From contig CM059432.1 of assembly GCA_030390025.1 (NCBI GenBank), forward strand, positions 107,510,001-107,574,000: 64,000 nucleotides of DNA. Direction: 5' to 3'. This DNA comes from Squalus acanthias. Taxonomy: Eukaryota. The notes beneath the pieces were generated by a model, which saw only the letters and a program-made list of their open reading frames with translations, had not been told where the DNA came from and did not search any database. Positions within the stretch are counted from its first letter, which is position 1, and every line of letters begins with the position of its first letter. A program made the position numbers and the translations under genes. Shown here piece by piece: positions 33,940 to 48,000 of this stretch.

Positions 33940-35069
33940 AACATAGAAACATAGGCCATTTAGCCCCTCGAGCCTATTTCGCCATTAAAATAGAGATCAT
34001 GGCTGACCTAACTCCCATATCCCTTTGGTTAACAAAAAGCGATCAATCTCCAATTTAAAATTAACAATTGATCTATCATCAATTGCCGTTTGCGGAAGAG
34101 AGTTCCAAACTTCTACCACCCTTTGTGTGTAGAAGTGTTGCCTAATTTCACTCCTGAAAGGTCTGGCTTTAATTTTTAGACTATGCCCCCTAGTCCTAGA
34201 ATCCCGAAACACCGGAAATAGTTTCTCTCTATCTACCCTGTCTGTTCCCCGTAATGGCCCAGAAATTAAAGACTGAGTGTTGACGCGGGGGTAAGGCTTC
34301 CCCGCGATCTCTCACTCCGCGTTGGCTTTTTCAGATCCAGCTCGCACGAACTTGATGTTCTAGACATCAGCTGGGCAGTGCTTGCATATCCCACCGGCGT
34401 AGTGAATTCGTGCGAGCTGTGGGATCACGTGACTCAGTTAGAGCCAATGGCAGCACACCATCTTCCATTCATAAGTTTCACATACGTGCTGTGAAAGCTA
34501 TGAATCTTACACACCCCCAAAATAACAGCTAAACCTCAATTAAATTTTAAAAAACCATCACATTAATAAAATAAGTATAGTTAAATAAATTAACCATTTT
34601 AAATAAAAAATTAAATTTTTGAAAAAATTTAAAATCTTTTAAAAAATTATAAAAATAAACTTACCTGTCTTTAAAGTCTCTAAAAAAGATATACCTGTTA
34701 AAAAAAATTCAAAATAATACTTAATTCACTACTTACCTTGTTAAAAGTGGGTCTTACTCCTCCTTTTTTCATTTCTAAAATCTTCCGTCCTTACCTGCGC
34801 GTCCAAAGCACTAAGTGCACAGCGTGCGCGCAGCCTGTAGCGCGCACGCGGTGCACTGAGGAACCGCCCCCTTTTCCAAAAACCAAGTGCCGGTTTTCAG
34901 CGCATGCGCAGTGCATGCAGAAAACTGGCAATTGGTGACAGAATACGCGAGAGTACACAGTGCGTACTCTCGCGTCGCGGGACTAATTTTTGGGCCAATA
35001 TCTTGAAAACTTCGATCAAATCACCCCTTAAACCTTCTAAATTCCAGGGAATAAAACCCAAGTTTGTGC
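33940..35069 (-). mobile_element. CR1 3' fragment inserted into the minisatellite, itself split by a MITE
   Basis: AACATAGAAACATAG tail; SRTRGHSLKIKARPFRSEIRQHFYTQRVV (33997-34212); resumes at 34997 with LEFRR.RGDLIEVFKIL. Confidence 0.85.
34256..34996. mobile_element. PIF/Harbinger-type MITE (741 bp)
   Basis: 13-bp TIRs GGCCCAGAAATTA / TAATTTTTGGGCC (1 mismatch); 3-bp TSD AAT (34253-34255, 34997-34999); CpG-rich arms and an AT-rich centre. Confidence 0.88.
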
Positions 35070-35850
35070 GACCTTCTCCCCACGAGATCCTGACCATCCC
35101 ACCACGGCACCCCACCCGTCGAGTTTCTGAGATTCTCCCCCCGAGTTGCTGACCTTCTCTCCCCCCGAGTTCCAGACCTTCTCTCCCACACCCCTCGGAG
35201 ATCCTCTCCTCTCCCCCGCTCCAATTCCCTATCCTCTCAACCCCCACCGATCCCCTGTCCTCTCCTCCATCCCCTCGCCTCTCCCCCTCTGATCCCTGTC
35301 CTCTCACCCCTCCAATGCCCTCTCCTCTGCCCCTCTGATCCCCTGTCCACTACCCCAACCCAATCCCCTCAACCTCTCCCCGATTCGATCTCCTGACCTT
35401 CTCCACAGGGAGGAATCGTGCTTGAGGCCGCAGACAAAGTTGGGCGCGCATGCACGGCACAGCTGGGGGAGGGATGGTATTTAGGCACCGCCCCTATACA
35501 GTGTACTTGTTCCTGCAAATAATAATTTGGAAAAATGAAGTCAGAGTTCCTGACCTACGCTCCCCACTGAGTTCCTGACCATCTCACCGCTCCGAGTTCC
35601 TGACCATCTCACCGCTCCGAGTTCCTGACCATCTCACCGCTCCGAGTTCCTGACCATCTCACCGCTCCGAGTTCCTGACCTACGCTCCCCACTGAGTTCC
35701 TGACCATCTCACCGCTCCGAGTTCCTGACCATCTCACCGCTCCGAGTTCCTGACCATCTCACCGCTCCGAGTTCCTGACCTTCTCCCCCCGAGTTCCTGA
35801 CCTTCTCCCCCGAGTTCCTGACGTTCTCCACCCAAGTTCTTGACCATCCG
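35070..35850. repeat. Minisatellite right part: degenerate C/T-rich copies, then a homogeneous 25-bp unit CTCCGAGTTCCTGACCATCTCACCG (35543-35850)
   Basis: 25-bp periodicity visible at 35581-35780. Confidence 0.85.
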
Positions 35851-36025
35851 ACAATCAAGTTCCAGATCTTATTCCCCAAGGCACGCTCAGGAAGAAATAG
35901 ATTGCGAGGGGTGACTAACAACGAACTCAGAGGTGGAGTTTAAGGTGGAAGCATTGGTGGAGGGTTCAGGCAGGTGATTTAACAGCGTGGGACATAGACA
36001 CAGTGAATTGAATCCTACTCAAACA

Positions 36026-39000
36026 GTGTAGTGAACCCCACTCACAGGGTGTAGTGAACCCCAGTCACAGGGTGCAGTGAATCCCAGTCACACAGTGTAG
36101 TGAACCCCAGTCACAGGGTGTAGTGAATCCCAGTCACAGGGTGTAGTGAACCCCAGTCACAGGGTGTAGTGAACCCCAGTCACAGGGTGCAGTGAATCCC
36201 AGTCACACAGTGTAGTGAACCCCAGTCACAGGGTGCAGTGAATCCCAGTCACACAGTGTAGTGAACCCCAGTCACAGGGTGTAGTGAACCCCAGTCACAG
36301 GGTGTAGTGAACCCCAGTCACAGGGTGTAGTGAACCCCAGTCACAGGGTGCAGTGAATCCCAGTCACACAGTGTAGTGAACCCCAGTCACAGGGTGTAGT
36401 GAACCCCAGTCACAGGGTGTAGTGAACCCCAGTCACAGGGTGTAGTGAACCCCAGTCACACGATGTAGTGAACCCCAGTCATAGGGTGTAGTGAACCCCA
36501 GTCACACAGTGTAGTGAACCCCAGTCACAGGGTGCAGTGAACCCCAGTCACAGGGTGTAGTGAACCCCAGTCACAGGGTGTAGTGAACCCCAGTCACTGG
36601 GTGTAGTGAACCCCAGTCACACAGTGTAGTGAACCCCAGTCACACAGTGTAGTGAACCCCAGTCACTGGGTGTAGTGAACCCCAGTCACTGGGTGTAGTG
36701 AACCCCAGTCACACAGTGTAGTGAACCCCAGTCACTGGGTGTAGTGAACCCCAGTCACACAGTGTAGTGAACCCCAGTCACAGGGTGCAGTGAACCCCAG
36801 TCACAGGGTGTAGTGAACCCCAGTCACCGGGTGTAGTGAACCCCAGTCACTGGGTGTAGTGAACCCCAGTCACACAGTGTAGTGAACCCCAGTCACACAG
36901 TGTAGTGAACCCTAGTCACTGGGTGTAGTGAACCCCAGTCACTGGGTGTAGTGAACCCCAGTCACACAGTGTAGTGAACCCCAGTCACTGGGTGTAGTGA
37001 ACCCCAGTCACACAGTGTAGTGAACCCCAGTCACAGGGTGCAGTGAATCCCAGTCACACAGTGTAGTGAACCCCAGTCATACAGTGTAGTGAACCCCAGT
37101 CACAGGGTGTAGTGAACCCCAGTCACAGGGTGTAGTGAACCCCAGTCACAGGGTGTAGTGAACCCCAGTCACTGGGTGTAGTGAACCCCAGTCACACAGT
37201 GTAGTGAACCCCAGTCACACAGTGTAGTGAACCCCAGTCACTGGGTGTAGTGAACCCCAGTCACTGGGTGTAGTGAACCCCAGTCACACAGTGTAGTGAA
37301 CCCCAGTCACTGGGTGTAGTGAACCCCAGTCACACAGTGTAGTGAACCCCACTCACAGGGTGCAGTGAACCCCAGTCACAGGGTGTAGTGAACCCCAGTC
37401 ACACAGTGTAGTGAACCCCAGTCACAGGGTGTAGTGAACCCCAGTCACAGGGTGTAGTGAACCCCAGTCACACAGTGTAGTGAACCCCAGTCACAGGGTG
37501 TAATGAACTCCAGTCACACGGTGTAGTGAACCCCAGTCACAGGGTGTAGTGAACCCCAGTCACAGGGTTTAGTGAACCCCAGTCACAGGGTGTAGTGAAC
37601 CCCAGTCACACAGTGTAGTGAACCCCAGTCACAGGGTGTAGTGAACCCCAGTCACAGGGTGTAGTGAACCCCAATCACAGTGTAGTGAACCCCAGTCACA
37701 GGGTGTAGTGAACCCCAATCACACAGTGTAGTGAACCCCAGTCACAGGGTGTAGTGAACCCCAGTCACAGGGTATAGTGAACCCCAGTCACTGGGTGTAG
37801 TGAACCCCAGTCACACAGTGTAGTGAACCCCAGTCACAGGGTGTAGTGAACCCCAGTCACACAGTGTAGTGAACCCCAGTCACAGGGTGTAGTGAACCCC
37901 AGTCACACAGTGTAGTGAACCCCAGTCACAGGGTATAGTGAACCCCAGTCACAGGGTGTAGTGAACCCCAGTCACAGGGTGTAGTGAACCCCAGTCACAC
38001 AGTGTAGTGAACCCCAGTCACAGGGTGTAGTGAACCCCAGTCACACAGTGTAGTGAACCCCAGTCACACAGTGTAGTGAACCCCAGTCACAGGGTGTAGT
38101 GAACCCCAGTCACACAGTGTAGTGAATCCCAGTCACAGGGTGTAGTGAACCCCAGTCACAGGGTGTAGTGAACCCCAGTCACTGGGTGTAGTGAACCCCA
38201 GTCACACAGTGTAGTGAACCCCAGTCACAGGGTGTAGTGAACCCCAGTCACACAGTGTAGTGAACCCCAGTCACAGGGTGTAGTGAACCCCAGTCACACA
38301 GTGTAGTGAACCCCAGTCACAGGGTGTAGTGAACCCCAGTCACAGGGTGTAGTGAACCCCAGTCACAGGGTGTAGTGAACCCCAGTCACACAGTGTAGTG
38401 AACCCCAGTCACAGGGTGTAGTGAACCCCAGTCACAGGGTGTAGTGAACCCCAGTCACACAGTGTAGTGAACCCCAGTCACAGGGTGTAGTGAACCCCAG
38501 TCACACAGTGTAGTGAACCCCAGTCACAGGGTGTAGTGAACCCCAGTCACACAGTGTAGTGAACCCCAGTCACACAGTGTAGTGAACCCCAGTCACAGGG
38601 TGTAGTGAACCCCAGTCACACAGTGTAGTGAACCCCAGTCACAGGGTGTAGTAAACCCCAGTCACACAGTGTAGTGAACCCCAGTCACACAGTGTAGTGA
38701 ACCCCAGTCATACAGTGTAGTGAACCCCAGTCACAGGGTGTAGTGAACCCCAGTCACAGGGTGTAGTGAACCCCAGTCACAGGGTGTAGTGAACCCCAGT
38801 CACTGGGTGTAGTGAACCCCAGTCACACAGTGTAGTGAACCCCAGTCACACAGTGTAGTGAACCCCAGTCACTGGGTGTAGTGAACCCCAGTCACTGGGT
38901 GTAGTGAACCCCAGTCACACAGTGTAGTGAACCCCAGTCACTGGGTGTAGTGAACCCCAGTCACACAGTGTAGTGAACCCCACTCACAGGGTGCAGTGAA

Positions 39001-42000
39001 CCCCAGTCACAGGGTGTAGTGAACCCCAGTCACACAGTGTAGTGAACCCCAGTCACAGGGTGTAGTGAACCCCAGTCACAGGGTGTAGTGAACCCCAGTC
39101 ACACAGTGTAGTGAACCCCAGTCACAGGGTGTAATGAACTCCAGTCACACGGTGTAGTGAACCCCAGTCACAGGGTGTAGTGAACCCCAGTCACAGGGTT
39201 TAGTGAACCCCAGTCACAGGGTGTAGTGAACCCCAGTCACACAGTGTAGTGAACCCCAGTCACAGGGTGTAGTGAACCCCAGTCACAGGGTGTAGTGAAC
39301 CCCAATCACAGTGTAGTGAACCCCAGTCACAGGGTGTAGTGAACCCCAATCACACAGTGTAGTGAACCCCAGTCACAGGGTGTAGTGAACCCCAGTCACA
39401 GGGTATAGTGAACCCCAGTCACTGGGTGTAGTGAACCCCAGTCACACAGTGTAGTGAACCCCAGTCACAGGGTGTAGTGAACCCCAGTCACACAGTGTAG
39501 TGAACCCCAGTCACAGGGTGTAGTGAACCCCAGTCACACAGTGTAGTGAACCCCAGTCACAGGGTATAGTGAACCCCAGTCACAGGGTGTAGTGAACCCC
39601 AGTCACAGGGTGTAGTGAACCCCAGTCACACAGTGTAGTGAACCCCAGTCACAGGGTGTAGTGAACCCCAGTCACACAGTGTAGTGAACCCCAGTCACAC
39701 AGTGTAGTGAACCCCAGTCACAGGGTGTAGTGAACCCCAGTCACACAGTGTAGTGAATCCCAGTCACAGGGTGTAGTGAACCCCAGTCACAGGGTGTAGT
39801 GAACCCCAGTCACTGGGTGTAGTGAACCCCAGTCACACAGTGTAGTGAACCCCAGTCACAGGGTGTAGTGAACCCCAGTCACACAGTGTAGTGAACCCCA
39901 GTCACAGGGTGTAGTGAACCCCAGTCACACAGTGTAGTGAACCCCAGTCACAGGGTGTAGTGAACCCCAGTCACAGGGTGTAGTGAACCCCAGTCACAGG
40001 GTGTAGTGAACCCCAGTCACACAGTGTAGTGAACCCCAGTCACAGGGTGTAGTGAACCCCAGTCACAGGGTGTAGTGAACCCCAGTCACACAGTGTAGTG
40101 AACCCCAGTCACAGGGTGTAGTGAACCCCAGTCACACAGTGTAGTGAACCCCAGTCACAGGGTGTAGTGAACCCCAGTCACACAGTGTAGTGAACCCCAG
40201 TCACACAGTGTAGTGAACCCCAGTCACAGGGTGTAGTGAACCCCAGTCACACAGTGTAGTGAACCCCAGTCACAGGGTGTAGTAAACCCCAGTCACACAG
40301 TGTAGTGAACCCCAGTCACAGGGTGTAGTGAACCCCAGTCACAGGGTGCACTGAACCCCAGTCACACAGTGTAGTGAACCCCAGTCACACGGTGTAGTGA
40401 ACCCCAGTCACAGGGTGTAGTGAACCCCACTCACACGGTGCAGTGAACGCCAGTCACACAGTGTAGTGAACCCCAGTCACACGGTGTAGTGAACCCCAGT
40501 CACAGGGTGTAGTGAACCCCAGTCACACAGTGTAGTAAACCCCAGTCACAGGGTGTAGTGAACCCCAGTCACACAGTGGAGTGAACCCCAGTCACACAGT
40601 GTAGTGAACCCCAGTCACAGGGTGTAGTGAACCCCAGTCACTGGGTGTAGTGAACCCCAGTCACACACTGTAGTGAACCCCAGTCACAGGGTGTAGTGAA
40701 CCCCAGTCACACAGTGTAGTGAACCCCAGTCACACAGTGTAGTGAACCCCAGTCACAGGGTGTAGTGAACCCCAGTCACACAGTGTAGTGAATCCCAGTC
40801 ACAGGGTGTAGTGAACCCCAGTCACACAGTGTAGTGAACCCCAGTCACAGGGTGTAGTGAACCCCAGTCACTGGGTGTAGTGAACCCCAGTCACACAGTG
40901 TAGTGAACCCAAGTCACAGGGTGTAGTGAACCCCAGTCACACAGTGTAGTGAACCCCAGTCACAGGGTGTAGTGAACCCCAGTCACACAGTGTAGTGAAC
41001 CCCAGTCACACAGTGTAGTGAACCCCAGTCACACAGTGGAGTGAACCCCAGTCACAGGGTGTAGTGAACCCCAGTCACAGGGTGTAGTGAATCCCAGTCA
41101 CACAGTGTAGTGAACCCCAGTCACACAGTGTAGTGAACCCCAGTCACACAGTGGAGTGAACCCCAGTCACACAGTGTAGTGAACCCCAGTCACACAGTGT
41201 AGTGAACCCCAGTCACAGGGTGTAGTGAACCCCAGTCACAGGGTGTAGTGAACCCCAATCACAGTGTAGTGAACCCCAGTCACAGGGTGTAGTGAACCCC
41301 AATCACACAGTGTAGTGAACCCCAGTCACAGGGTGTAGTGAACCCCAGTCACAGGGTGTAGTGAACCCCAGTCACAGGGTGTAGTGAACCCCAGTCACAC
41401 AGTGTAGTGAACCCCAGTCACAGGGTGTAGTGAACCCCAGTCACAGGGTGTAGTGAACCCCAGTCACACAGTGTAGTGAACCCCAGTCACAGGGTGTAGT
41501 GAACCCCAGTCGCAGGGTGTAGTGAACCCCAGTCACACAGTGGAGTGAACCCCAGTCACAGGGTGTAGTGAACCCCAGTCACAGGGTGTAGTGAACCCCA
41601 GTCACACAGTGGAATGAACCCCAGTCACACAGTGGAGTGAACCCCAGTCACAGGGTGTAGTGAACCCCAGTCACACAGTGGAGGGCACCCCAGTCACAGG
41701 GTGTAGTGAACCCCAGTCACAGGGTGTAGTGAACCCCAGTCACACGGTGTAGTGAACCCCAGTCACAGGGTGCAGTGAACCCCAGTCACAGGGTGTAGTG
41801 AACCCCAGTCACAGGGTGTAGTGAACCCCAGTCACAGGGTGTAGTGAACCCCAGTCACAGGGTGTAGTGAACCCCAGTCACAGGGTGTAGTGAACCCCAG
41901 TCACACAGTGTAGTGAACCCCAGTCACAGGGTGCAGTGAACCCCCGTCACAGGGTGTAGTGAACCCCAGTCACACAGTGTAGTGAACCCCAGTCACAGGG

Positions 42001-45000
42001 TGTAGTGAACCCCAGTCACACAGTGTAGTGAACCCCAGTCACAGGGTGTAGTGAACCCCAGTCACACAGTGTAGTGAACCCCAGTCACACAGTGTAGTGA
42101 ACCCCAGTCACACAGTGTAGTGAACCCCAGTCACAGGGTGTAGTGAACCCCAGTCACAGGGTGTAGTGAACCCCAGTCACAGGGTGTAGTGAACCCCAGT
42201 CACACGGTGTAGTGAACCCCAGTCACAGGGTGTAGTGAACCCCAGTCACATGGTGTAGTGAACACCAGTCACAGGGTGTAGTGAACCCCAGTCACAGGGT
42301 GTAGTGAACCCCAGTCACACAGTACAGTGAACCCCAGTCACAGGGTGTAGTGAACCCCAGTCACACAGTGTAGTGAACCCCAGTCACACAGTGTAGTGAA
42401 CCCCAGTCACACGGTGTAGTGAACCCCTGTCACAGGGTGTAGTGAACCCCAGTCACAGGGTGTAGTGAACCCCAGTCACACAGTGGAGTGAACCCCAGTC
42501 ACACAGTGTAGTGAACCCCAGTCACAGGGTGTAGTGAACCCCAGTCACAGGGTGTAGTGAACCCCAGTCACACAGTGGAGTGAACCCCAGTCACACAGTG
42601 TAGTGAACCCCAGTCACAGGGTGTAGTGAACCCCAGTCACAGGGTGTAGTGAACCCCAGTCACACAGTGTAGTGAACCCCAGTCACAGGGTGTAGTGAAC
42701 CCCAGTCACAGGGTGTAGTGAACCCCAGTCACACAGTGTAGTGAACCCCAGTCACATAGTATAGTGAACCCCAGTCACACGGTGTAGTGAACCCCAGTCA
42801 CAGGGTGTAGTGAACCCCAGTCACAGGGTGTAGTGAACCCCAGTCACACAGAGTAGTGAACCCAAGTCACAGGGTGTAGTGAACCCCAGTCACACAGTGT
42901 AGTGAACCCCAGTCACAGGGTGTAGTGAACCCCAGTCACATGGTGTAGTGAACCCCAGTCACCGGGTGTAGTGAACCCCAGTCACATGGTGTAGTGAACC
43001 CCAGTCACAGGGTGTAGTGAACCCCAGTCACATGGTGTAGTGAACCCCAGTCACAGGGTGTAGTGAACCCCAGTCACACAGTGTAGTGAACCCCAGTCAC
43101 AGGGTGTAGTGAACCCCAGTCACAGGGTGTAGTGAACCCCAGTCACAGGGTGTAGTGAACCCCAGTCACAGGGTGTAGTGAACCCCAGTCACAGGTGTAG
43201 TGAACCCCAGTCACAGGGTGTAGTGAACCCCAGTCACAGGGTGTAGTGAACCCCAGTCACAGGGTGTAGTGAACCCCAGTCACACAGTGTAGTGAACCCC
43301 AGTCACAGGGTGTAGTGAACCCCAGTCGCAGGGTGTAGTGAACCCCAGTCACACAGTGGAGTGAACCCCAGTCACAGGGTGTAGTGAACCCCAGTCACAG
43401 GGTGTAGTGAACCCCAGTCACACAGTGGAGTGAACCCCAGTCACACAGTGGAATGAACCCCAGTCACACAGTGGAGTGAACCCCAGTCACAGGGTGTAGT
43501 GAACCCCAGTCACACAGTGGAGGGCACCCCAGTCACAGGGTGTAGTGAACCCCAGTCACACGGTGTAGTGAACCCCAGTCACACAGTGTAGTGAACCCCA
43601 GTCACAGGGTGTAGTGAACCCCAGTCACACAGTGTAGTGAACCCCAGTCACAGGGTGTAGTGAACCCCAGTCACACAGTGTAGTGAACCCCAGTCACAGG
43701 GTGTAGTGAACCCCAGTCACACAGTGTAGTGAACCCCAGTCACACAGTGTAGTGAACCCCAGTCACAGGGTGTAGTGAACCCCAGTCACAGGGTGTAGTG
43801 AACCCCAGTCACACAGTGTAGTGAACCCCAGTCACAGGGTGTAGTGAACCCCAGTCACAGGGTGTAGTGAACCCCAGTCACACAGTGGAATGAACCCCAG
43901 TCACACAGTGGAGTGAACCCCAGTCACAGGGTGTAGTGAACCCCAGTCACACAGTGGAGTGAACCCCAGTCACAGGGTGTAGTGAACCCCAGTCACAGGG
44001 TGTAGTGAACCCCAGGCACAGGGTGTAGTGAACCCCAGTCACAGGGTGTAGTGAACCCCAGTCACAGGGTGTAGTGAACCCCAGTCACAGGGTGTAGTGA
44101 ACCCCAGTCACAGGGTGCAGTGAACCCCAGTCACACGGTGTAGTGAACCCCAGTCACAGGGTGCAGTGAACCCCAGTCACAGGGTGTAGTGAACCCCAGT
44201 CACAGGGTGTAGTGAACCCCAGTCACAGGGTGTAGTGAACCCCAGTCACAGGTGTAGTGAACCCCAGTCACAGGGTGTAGTGAACCCCAGTCACAGGGTG
44301 TAGTGAACCCCAGTCACAGGGTGTAGTGAACCCCAGTCACAGGGTGTAGTGAACCCCAGTCACACAGTGTAGTGAACCCCAGTCACAGGGTGTAGTGAAC
44401 CCCAGTCACACAGTGTAGTGAACCCCAGTCACAGGGTGTAGTGAACCCCAGTCACACAGTGTAGTGAACCCCAGTCACACAGTGTAGTGAACCCCAGTCA
44501 CAGGGTGTAGTGAACCCCAGTCACAGGGTGTAGTGAACCCCAGTCACAGGGTGTAGTGAACCCCAGTCACAGGGTGTAGTGAACCCCAGTCACAGGGTGT
44601 AGTGAACCCCAGTCACAGGGTGTAGTGAACCCCAGTCACATGGTGTAGTGAACCCCAGTCACAGGGTGTAGTGAACCCCAGTCACAGGGTGTAGTGAACC
44701 CCAGTCACACAGTGTAGTGAACCCCAGTCACAGGGTGTAGTGAACCCCAGTCACACAGTGGAGTGAACCCCAGTCACAGGGTGCAGTGAACCCCAGTCAC
44801 ACAGTGTAGTGAACCCCAGTCACAGGGTGTCGTGAACCCCAGTCACACAGTGGAGTGAACCCCAGTCACAGGGTGTAGTGAACCCCAGTCACAGGGTGTA
44901 GTGAACCCCAGTCACAGGGTGTCGTGAACCCCAGTCACACAGTACAGTGAACCCCAGTCACAGGGTGTAGTGAACCCCAGTCACACAGTGTAGTGAACCC

Positions 45001-48000
45001 CAGTCACACAGTGTAGTGAACCCCAGTCACATGGTGTAGTGAACCCCTGTCACAGGGTGTAGTGAACCCCAGTCACAGGGTGCAGTGAACCCCAGTCACA
45101 CAGTGCAGTGAACCCCAGTCACAGGGTGTAGTGAACCCCAGTCACAGGGTGTAGTGAACCCCAGTCACACAGTGTAGTGAACCCCAGTCACACAGTATAG
45201 TGAACCCCAGTCACACGGTGTAGTGAACCCCAGTCACAGGGTGTAGTGAACCCCAGTCACAGGGTGTAGTGAACCCCAGTCACAGGGTGTAGTGAACCCC
45301 AGTCACACGGTGTAGTGAACCCCAGTCACACGGTGTAGTGAACCCCAGTCACCGGGTGTAGTGAACCCCAGTCACACAGTGTAGTGAACCCCAGTCACCG
45401 GGTGTAGTGAACCCCAGTCACACGGTGTAGTGAACCCCAGTCACCGGGTGTAGTGAACCCCAGTCACACAGTGTAGTGAACCCAAGTCACAGGGTGTAGT
45501 GAACCCCAGTCACACAGTGTAGTGAACCCCAGTCACAGGGTGTAGTGAACCCCAGTCACATGGTGTAGTGAACCCCAGTCACCGGGTGTAGTGAACCCCA
45601 GTCACATGGTGTAGTGAACCCCAGTCACAGGGTGTAGTGAACCCCAGTCACATGGTGTAGTGAACCCCAGTCACAGGGTGTAGTGAACCCCAGTCACACA
45701 GTGTAGTGAACCCCAGTCACAGGGTGTAGTGAACCCCAGTCACACAGTGTAGTGAACCCCAGTCACAGGGTGTAGTGAACCCCAGTCACACAGTGTAGTG
45801 AACCCCAGTCACACAGTGTAGTGAACCCCAGTCACAGGGTGTAGTGAACCCCAGTCACAGGGTGTAGTGAACCCCAGTCACAGGTGTAGTGAACCCCAGT
45901 CACAGGGTGTAGTGAACCCCAGTCACAGGGTGTAGTGAACCCCAGTCACACAGTGGTAGTGAACCCCAGTCACACAGTGTAGTGAACCCCAGTCACAGGG
46001 TGTAGTGAACCCCAGTCACACAGTGTAGTGAACCCCAGTCACAGGGTGTAGTGAACCCCAGTCACAGGGTGTAGTGAACCCCAGTCACACGGTGTAGTGA
46101 ACCCCAGTCACAGGGTGTAGTGAACCCCAGTCACAGGGTGTAGTGAACCCCAGTCACAGGGTGTAGTGAACCCCAGTCACAGGGTGTAGTGAACCCCAGT
46201 CACAGGGTGTAGTGAACCCCAGTCACAGGGTGTAGTGAACCCCAGTCACAGGGTGCAGTGAACCCCCGTCACAGGGTGTAGTGAACCCCAGTCACACAGT
46301 GTAGTGAACCCCAGTCACAGGGTGTAGTGAACCCCAGTCACACAGTGTAGTGAACCCCAGTCACAGGGTGTAGTGAACCCAGTCACAGTGTAGTGAACCC
46401 AGTCACACAGTGTAGTGAACCCCAGTCACACAGTGTAGTGAACCCCAGTCACAGGGTGTAGTGAACCCCAGTCACAGGGTGTAGTGAACCCCAGTCACAG
46501 GGTGTAGTGAACCCCAGTCACACGGTGTAGTGAACCCCAGTCACAGGGTGTAGTGAACCCCAGTCACAGGGTGTAGTGAACCCCAGTCACAGGGTGTAGT
46601 GAACCCCAGTCACAGGGTGTAGTGAACCCCAGTCACACAGTGTAGTGAACCGCAGTCACAGGGTGCAGTGAACCCCAGTCACACAGTGGAGTGAACCCCA
46701 GTCACACGGTGCAGTGAACCCCAGTCACACAGTGTAGTGAACCCCAGTCACAGGGTGTCGTGAACCCCAGTCACAGTGTAGTGAACCCCAGTCACAGGGT
46801 GTAGTGAACCCCAGTCACAGGGTGTAGTGAACCCCAGTCACAGGGTGTCAGTGAACCCCAGTCACAGGTGTAGTGAACCCCAGTCACAGGTGTAGTGAAC
46901 CCCAGTCACACAGTGTAGTGAACCCCAGTCACACAGTGTAGTGAACCCCAGTCACACTGTGTAGTGAACCCCAGTCACAGGTGTAGTGAACCCCAGTCAC
47001 AGGGTGTAGTGAACCCCAGTCACACGGTGTAGTGAACCCCAGTCACAGGGTGTAGTGAACCCCAGTCACAGGGTGTAGTGAACCCCAGTCACACGGTGTA
47101 GTGAACCCCAGTCACAGTGTAGTGAACCCCAGTCACACGGTGTAGTGAACCCCAGTCACACGGTGTAGTGAACCCCAGTCACAGGGTGTAGTGAACCCCA
47201 GTCACACAGGTGTAGTGAACCCCAGTCACAGGGTGTAGTGAACCCCAGTCACACGGTGTAGTGAACCCCAGTCACAGGTTGTAGTGAACCCCAGTCACAG
47301 GTGCAGTGAACCCCAGTCACAGGGTGTAGTGAACCCCAGTCACACAGTGTAGTGAACCCCAGTCACAGGGTGTAGTGAACCCCAGTCACACAGTGTAGTG
47401 AACCCCAGTCACAGGGTGTAGTGAACCCCAGTCACAAGGTGTAGTGAACCCCAGTCACAGGGTGTAGTGAACCCCAGTCACAAGGTGTAGTGAACCCCAG
47501 TCACAGGGTGTAGTGAACCCCAGTCACAGGGTGTAGTGAACCCAGTCACAGTGTAGTGAACCCCAGTCACAGGGTGTAGTGAACCCCAGTCACAGGTGTA
47601 GTGAACCCCAGTCACAGGGTGTAGTGAACCCAGTCACAGGGTGTAGTGAACCCAGTCACATGTGTAGTGAACCCCAGTCACACGGGTGTAGTGAACCCCA
47701 GTCACAGGTGTAGTGAACCCCAGTCACACAGGTGTAGTGAACCCCAGTCACAGGGTGTAGTGAACCCCAGTCACACAGTGTAGTGAACCCCAGTCCACAG
47801 TGTAGTGAACCCCAGTCACCAGGGTGTAGTGAACCCCAGTCACAGGGTGTAGTGAACCCCAGTCACACAGTGTAGTGAACCCCAGGTCACACAGTGTAGT
47901 GAACCCCAGCACACAGTATAGAGAACCCCAGTCACACGGTTGTAGTGAACCCCAGTCACATGGGTGTAGTGAACCCCAGTCACACGGTGTAGTGAACCCC

